Positions 63,601 to 64,000 of a stretch of DNA of 64,000 nt are shown here, one piece after another (the stretch's first letter is position 1; each line of letters begins with the position of its first letter). Below the pieces are notes generated by a model that saw only the letters and a list, made by a program, of their open reading frames with translations, did no database searches and was not told where the DNA came from. Location of the stretch: NCBI RefSeq assembly GCF_009914755.1, contig NC_060927.1; one strand, given 5' to 3'. The position numbers were made by a program, and so were the translations under genes. The stretch comes from the human T2T-CHM13v2.0 reference genome, Homo sapiens.

Positions 63601-64000
63601 TATTAGGTAAATGAAATATGAAAGTACATCAAATATAGATTATATACTGTACATAAAATATGAAAGTACCCCAAATATATATTATATACTCTACATGAAA
63701 TATCAAAGTTCACAAACTATATATTATATACTGTACATAAAATATCAAAGTACCCAAGGTATATATTCTATACTGTACAAAAAATATCAAAGTATCCAAA
63801 GCATGTATTATATACTGTGTATAAAATATGAAAGTACATCAAATATATATTTTATTCTGTACATAAAATATCAAAGTACACCAGATATATATTCTATAGC
63901 GTACATAAAATATCAAAGTACACAAACTATACATTATATACTGTACATAAAATATGAAATTACATCAAATATATATTATATTAGGTACATAAAATATGAA

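Larger units (their letters stand above)
1..64000 (+). repeat. Human Satellite 1A (HSat1A / SAR / classical satellite I) tandem array; 42-bp monomer, 378-bp 9-mer higher-order repeat
   Basis: The monomer is approximately GTACATAAAATATCAAA (17 bp) + GTACCCAAACTATATATTATATACT (25 bp), the alternating RsaI 17/25-bp organisation known for human satellite I. Unit starts (ATGAAATATCAAAGTTCAC) recur every 378 bp, e.g. 139, 517; 8635, 9013, 9391; 45088, 45466, 45844. The array runs from edge to edge in one orientation. The chromosome cannot be assigned from sequence alone; HSat1A arrays are known at cen3, cen4 and the acrocentric short arms. Confidence 0.96.

Noticed and set aside
139-63610. About 160 + strand ORFs encoding Tyr/Ile/Lys-rich 14-aa repeats (up to 423 aa, e.g. 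45088-46356 and 50978-52249)
   Set aside because: The monomer length is a multiple of 3 and one frame happens to lack stops. Stops and 1-, 2- and 5-bp frameshifts are freely amplified across copies, and there is no unique domain, promoter or gene structure. Incidental translation cannot be excluded without Ribo-seq or proteomics.
1-64000. CRISPR-like repeat-spacer array
   Set aside because: The segments between conserved motifs are themselves repeated every 378 bp. There are no unique spacers, leader or cas genes.
1-64000. Inversions or transposon (Alu/L1) insertions
   Set aside because: Every line read keeps the same orientation and monomer register. I saw no GC-rich or unique sequence and no - strand ORF block.
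1-64000. TATA boxes (TATAAAA in TGTATATAAAAT variants) as promoters
   Set aside because: These are expected by chance in TA-rich repeats, and there is no supporting promoter context.
1-64000. Assignment to a specific chromosome
   Set aside because: This needs alignment of rare k-mers to T2T assemblies and cannot be supported by inspection.

Overview
The whole 64 kb window is one uninterrupted, single-orientation, very AT-rich tandem satellite array. It matches classical human Satellite I / HSat1A (SAR): a 42-bp monomer made of alternating 17-bp and 25-bp GTAC-delimited subunits, organised as a 9-monomer, 378-bp higher-order repeat (HOR). That is roughly 1,500 monomers and 160-170 HOR units by division. 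I see no genes, RNA genes, transposons, CRISPR arrays or inversions. The ORFs are translations of the repeat, because 42 and 378 are multiples of 3. The informative structure is in the variants: recurring HOR subtypes that follow a fixed order, structural HOR variants (6-, 8-, 13-, 14- and 19-mers), modules of 751, 1133, 1880 and 2419 bp, long-range duplications (offsets of about 8.1, 9.0, 10.1, 18.6, 24.7, 44-45 and 60.2 kb) and a more diverged block at about 46-55 kb. The most interesting functional hypothesis is inference only: + strand RNA would carry about 6 Pumilio response elements (UGUAHAUA) per 378 nt, while the - strand carries one AAUAAA per HOR.
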